From: Deltaproteobacteria bacterium
Lineage (GTDB): Bacteria > Myxococcota_A > UBA9160 > SMWR01
Reading direction: 5' to 3'
NCBI GenBank assembly: GCA_032128115.1
Contig: JAQBHB010000092.1
Coordinates: 1-27,441, forward strand
DNA length: 27,441 bases
Part shown: in pieces, positions 24,168 to 27,441 of the stretch
Position numbering within the stretch: the stretch's first letter is position 1
Layout: each line of letters starts with the position of its first letter
The notes under the pieces: generated by a model
Told to the model about the DNA's origin: nothing
What the model saw: only the letters and a program-made list of their open reading frames with translations
The model's database searches: none
Program-made: the position numbers and the translations under genes

Positions 24168-24540
24168 CGTGCTCACGCAGCATCCGCTTGGCTTCTCGGC
24201 CCTGCTCCAGCAGCACCTTCGGGATGTCGCGGCATTCTTCATAGGTCTCGATGGCTTGCCTCACCAGCAGTTGGCGGGTCTTGGCGGCCACCATGGACTC
24301 ATAGGACATCGTGGGCTGCTCCAGCATCTCGAGCTGAAGCAGACGCAACTGGCCGCGGGCCTTCTCGATCTTGGCCTCGATCAGCGACAGGTAGAGGTTC
24401 CAGTGGCTGTCCTGGGTCAGCGACTCCATGGGAGGCACGGCCTGCTGGGCCGCATTCGCATCGCGCAGGAAGGATTGCTCGCGAGATTGGCTTCGCTGGC
24501 GAACCGACAGACTCGCGAATTCCTCGCGTTCAAAACTCAT
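24154..24540 (-). CDS. 128-aa helical protein downstream of portal
   Basis: ATGA overlap with the portal stop; GGAGG RBS. Confidence 0.75.
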   Translation of the reverse strand: MSFEREEFASLSVRQRSQSREQSFLRDANAAQQAVPPMESLTQDSHWNLYLSLIEAKIEKARGQLRLLQLEMLEQPTMSYESMVAAKTRQLLVRQAIETYEECRDIPKVLLEQGREAKRMLREHDVAS

Positions 24541-26891
24541 CGCGCCTGACCTCCGCCGCCCGCGCTGGGCAACTGCTCATCGGCCAACTCGTTGTTCTGC
24601 AGCGGCGGCTGGGCCGAACCCGGGGGCGCCGCTCCATTGCCACCGATCGTCCCGGGGCGTTGCTGCTGGGCCTGCTGGGCCGCGGCCTGCTCCGCCAACC
24701 GCTGCTGCATCTGCTGGCCCAGCGCCGCCACCTGCTGCGTGTACTGGCGGAACAACTCCACCTGCTCCTTCGACAGCAGCCCGAACTCGTCCATCTCGAT
24801 GAAGGCTTGCAGCTTCTCAAGATGCAGCTCCGGCCCTTCGAGCGGCTTGCCGATCGGGACCTGGCTGTCGAGGATCATGTCGATGGCGTCCTCGGCCATG
24901 ATGGACTTCCGGAAGACTTCCGGCGTCGGCGGCGTGAAATAGCGATTGGGGTCTTGCCCGAGGGATCGCGTCGAGTCCACCAGGATGTTGTAGAGCCCGT
25001 CGGGCTGCATGATGCCCGTCTGGAAGCTCAGGGGGCTGGCGGCGATCGACAGCAGTTGCTCGAGCGCCTGTTGCTTCGACTGACGGCTCGCATTCTGGAC
25101 ATTGGCCTGGAAGTCGAAACTGTAGGAGCCTTCGATCTCCCTGGAATTGCTCACCTTTCGGTACGGGTTCTCGCGGGGTTGCACGAATCCTGAGACCCGG
25201 AACTCCTTGCCGTCCGGCAGGAAGCGCACGTTGAGTTCGTGGTACATCCGGAACACGTCGGTCAGCATCATGAAGAAGCGCCGCAGCACGCGCTCGGGCC
25301 TCGCCTCGCCCTGCGACAGCAGGGTCTGGAGACCCCCGACGGTGCGCAGGGCACTCGACTTGCCCTGCGGCACCCGCCCGGCCTGGATGTCTCCCAGCAG
25401 GCTCAAGCGCTCCCGGATCTGTTGGATCACGGTCAGCATGTTGAACCCGAAGGCTTGCCCCGCATTGGGCAGGTTCGGGAAGTTGATGTCGTTCTGGGGA
25501 TCGTTGAGGGGCATCCCGTCGCCGGGACCGAGGCGGATCGTCTCGGGCTTGACCGAGGAGGAGGCGCGGTAGAACCAGAACGGCGTGTTGGTCAGCGTGC
25601 CCGCATCCACCGCCTGGTCGATGGTCTCCTTCATCCAGTCGTGGAGGCCCTCCATCAGCTCCAGCAGCGAGATGCCGGAGCGGCGGCCCTTGACCGGCAG
25701 GTAGGTGCCCTCCGCCAGCGGCCGGCGGGGCGTCTTGAACGGGTACTCCTCGCTGAGTCGGGTCGCGCGAAGCAGCGTCTTGGTCTCCAGCAGCACCCAG
25801 AACACCACGTCCTCGAGCGGGCCGTCCTCCTTCAGATTCACGATGTCGAAGCATGTCAGGCGCGTGATGACCTTGTGGCGCTTGTCTCGGGGCTGCGGGC
25901 GGTCCTCGTTCACCCCCTGCATCGTGTCCTTCTGCCGCTTCTCCTGCTCCTCGTCCCAGCGGCGCGAGTTGATGTTGACCAGCCGCTCCATGTGGTCGTC
26001 CGGGATCAGGTCGTAGCGCCCGGACTCCTTCAGGCGGCGGATCTCATCGACGGTGGGGTAGTCCACGAGGATGACGTGGGAGGCTCCTCCGGGGTTGCTC
26101 GGTCCTGGAATCTGGAGGTTCGAGACCCGCGGCGGGGTGATGACATCCTCGTAGGACTTCACGAAGGCACGCGGTCCATCGAACACGGTCTGGATCTCGT
26201 CCAGGACCATCTCCACCTCGCCCGAGGGCAGGGTGTAGAAGCTGACCTTGGTGTCTTCCTTGTCTTCCTTGTCGTGCTCGACCGACCACTCCCAGCCCTC
26301 GTCGTCCAGCGGCACGAAGAAGTTGTCGGCCCACTCCTGCAAGATCAGTTGACGGAAATAGACGCGGGGCTCGATCTCGTCTGGGATCGGATCGAAGCTG
26401 CGGATGACGCGAGCGTTGCGCTCCTCCTTGACCCAGGACACGAAGACCGAGCAGGAGGGCTCGTTGGTGAACTCCTCGGCCATCTCCTCGATCACCTTCT
26501 CGCCGTTCTGCTCGACGAAGAACTGCGTGTCGGAGAGCGAGTTGATGAGATCGACCTTCTCCTCGTCCTTCTCCAGCAGCGCCCGGGCGACAACCACCTC
26601 GGGGCGACCCGACATCACGGCGTTGTGGAGGGTGTCCTGCGTGCGCAGGCTGGCTTCGGTCAGGTCGGGAACGGACTGGTCCGAGGAGTTCTCCCACGGG
26701 AAGGTCTTGCCCGAGGTCCACTGGCGATACTTGGCATAGCGCTGCAGCCGGACGGAGCGCTCGGCGGTTCGGGCTTCCGTGTCCTCCTGATAGAAGTCCA
26801 CGACCCGGTTGGCCAACTCCATCCGGCGTTTCTTGGTGAGAGAGGTCGTGCCTCTCCGGATCCGCTCGCGGCGGACCTCGCCTTTCGCCAT
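24537..26891 (-). CDS. Portal protein (podovirus/P22-like)
   Basis: 784 aa; FPWENSSD, GISLLELM..L.D..., AVDAGTLTNTP, IRLGPG, Gln-rich C-terminal helix; GGAG RBS; position ahead of scaffold and capsid. Confidence 0.88.
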   Translation of the reverse strand: MAKGEVRRERIRRGTTSLTKKRRMELANRVVDFYQEDTEARTAERSVRLQRYAKYRQWTSGKTFPWENSSDQSVPDLTEASLRTQDTLHNAVMSGRPEVVVARALLEKDEEKVDLINSLSDTQFFVEQNGEKVIEEMAEEFTNEPSCSVFVSWVKEERNARVIRSFDPIPDEIEPRVYFRQLILQEWADNFFVPLDDEGWEWSVEHDKEDKEDTKVSFYTLPSGEVEMVLDEIQTVFDGPRAFVKSYEDVITPPRVSNLQIPGPSNPGGASHVILVDYPTVDEIRRLKESGRYDLIPDDHMERLVNINSRRWDEEQEKRQKDTMQGVNEDRPQPRDKRHKVITRLTCFDIVNLKEDGPLEDVVFWVLLETKTLLRATRLSEEYPFKTPRRPLAEGTYLPVKGRRSGISLLELMEGLHDWMKETIDQAVDAGTLTNTPFWFYRASSSVKPETIRLGPGDGMPLNDPQNDINFPNLPNAGQAFGFNMLTVIQQIRERLSLLGDIQAGRVPQGKSSALRTVGGLQTLLSQGEARPERVLRRFFMMLTDVFRMYHELNVRFLPDGKEFRVSGFVQPRENPYRKVSNSREIEGSYSFDFQANVQNASRQSKQQALEQLLSIAASPLSFQTGIMQPDGLYNILVDSTRSLGQDPNRYFTPPTPEVFRKSIMAEDAIDMILDSQVPIGKPLEGPELHLEKLQAFIEMDEFGLLSKEQVELFRQYTQQVAALGQQMQQRLAEQAAAQQAQQQRPGTIGGNGAAPPGSAQPPLQNNELADEQLPSAGGGGQAR

Positions 26892-26900
26892 GGAATCTCC

Positions 26901-27440
26901 CTACGCCTTGGGCGGCCTGCGCTTGGCCGCCGTGGCCACGTCGATGTTGCCGATGGCGATGGCGTCTTCGGCCGGGTCGTCTTCTTCCTGAGTCCCGCCC
27001 TGGCCCTGCGACTGCTGCAACTGCTTGGTCAGGTCCTGCATGTTGCTCTCGCCGCCTCCCAGCTCACCGATGTTGCCCTGCTCCCCGATGGATCCAGAGG
27101 CATCCACAAGGGGAGTGTCCCCGATACCGGCCGGTGGCGATCCCGGGGGGTTGCCGGAGACGGGGGAGCTAGTGCCTCCCGGTACTGGAGCCCCGCCCGG
27201 AGCCGGACTCGCGGGGGCTGCCGGGGCCGGCGCGGAGACCGGGGCTGCGGTCGGGACGGCCGAGGGGGTGGGCGGCGCGGATCCGCCGCCACCGCCGAAG
27301 GCGCTGCCCACACTTTCGGCGGCGCTGCTCACCCCCGAGCCAATCGAACTGGCCGCGCTGCTCACCCCCGAGCCGATTGAGCTGGCGGCGCTCCCGACGG
27401 CTCCGCCTACCGCGCTTGCGGCGCTTCCGACCGCGCCCCC
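26901..27440 (-). CDS. 5'-truncated low-complexity protein with 11-aa repeats and Pro/Ala/Gly linker
   Basis: Frame is open to the window edge: GGAVGSAASAVGGAVGSAASSIGSGVSSAASSIGSGVSSAAESVGSAF...; ends KRRPPKA. Confidence 0.7.
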   Translation of the reverse strand, partial: GGAVGSAASAVGGAVGSAASSIGSGVSSAASSIGSGVSSAAESVGSAFGGGGGSAPPTPSAVPTAAPVSAPAPAAPASPAPGGAPVPGGTSSPVSGNPPGSPPAGIGDTPLVDASGSIGEQGNIGELGGGESNMQDLTKQLQQSQGQGGTQEEDDPAEDAIAIGNIDVATAAKRRPPKA

Positions 27441-27441
27441 C
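27322..27441. repeat. 33-bp coding tandem repeat, at least 3.6 copies
   Basis: Units start with GCGCT at 27322, 27355, 27388 and 27421; the first two share GCGCTGCTCACCCCCGAGCC. Confidence 0.85.

Noticed and set aside
25239..27380. Plus-strand 713-aa ORF
   Set aside because: Antisense shadow of the portal gene.
27322..27441. Possible CRISPR array
   Set aside because: Contiguous 33-bp period without unique spacers; variation largely at codon third positions; no cas genes.

Overview
This is a GC-rich tailed-phage (or prophage) segment with podovirus-type architecture; the lipoprotein spanin candidate points to a Gram-negative host. About 25.8 kb on the minus strand forms one tightly coupled late region. 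In order it encodes: an 11-mer-repeat protein, portal, a small protein, a Com-like zinc finger, scaffold, a Cys-rich protein, a cement-like protein, a Mu-gpT-like major capsid protein, a ~6.4 kb block of putative accessory/carbohydrate-binding genes containing a sulfotransferase, adaptor, nozzle, fibre/needle, a GNAT-like protein, three ejection proteins (the first with an S74 chaperone domain), and a lysis cassette (membrane proteins, amidase, holin, overlapping spanins). The first 1.6 kb is on the plus strand and converges on this region. It carries a C5-cytosine methyltransferase apparently split over two fully overlapping reading frames. The most notable observations are the dual-frame methyltransferase, a Com-like zinc finger followed by a promoter, hairpin leader and terminator in front of the morphogenesis genes, a sulfotransferase among candidate virion-surface genes, and structured intergenic RNAs. 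All calls rest on motif recognition and synteny by eye; no searches were run.
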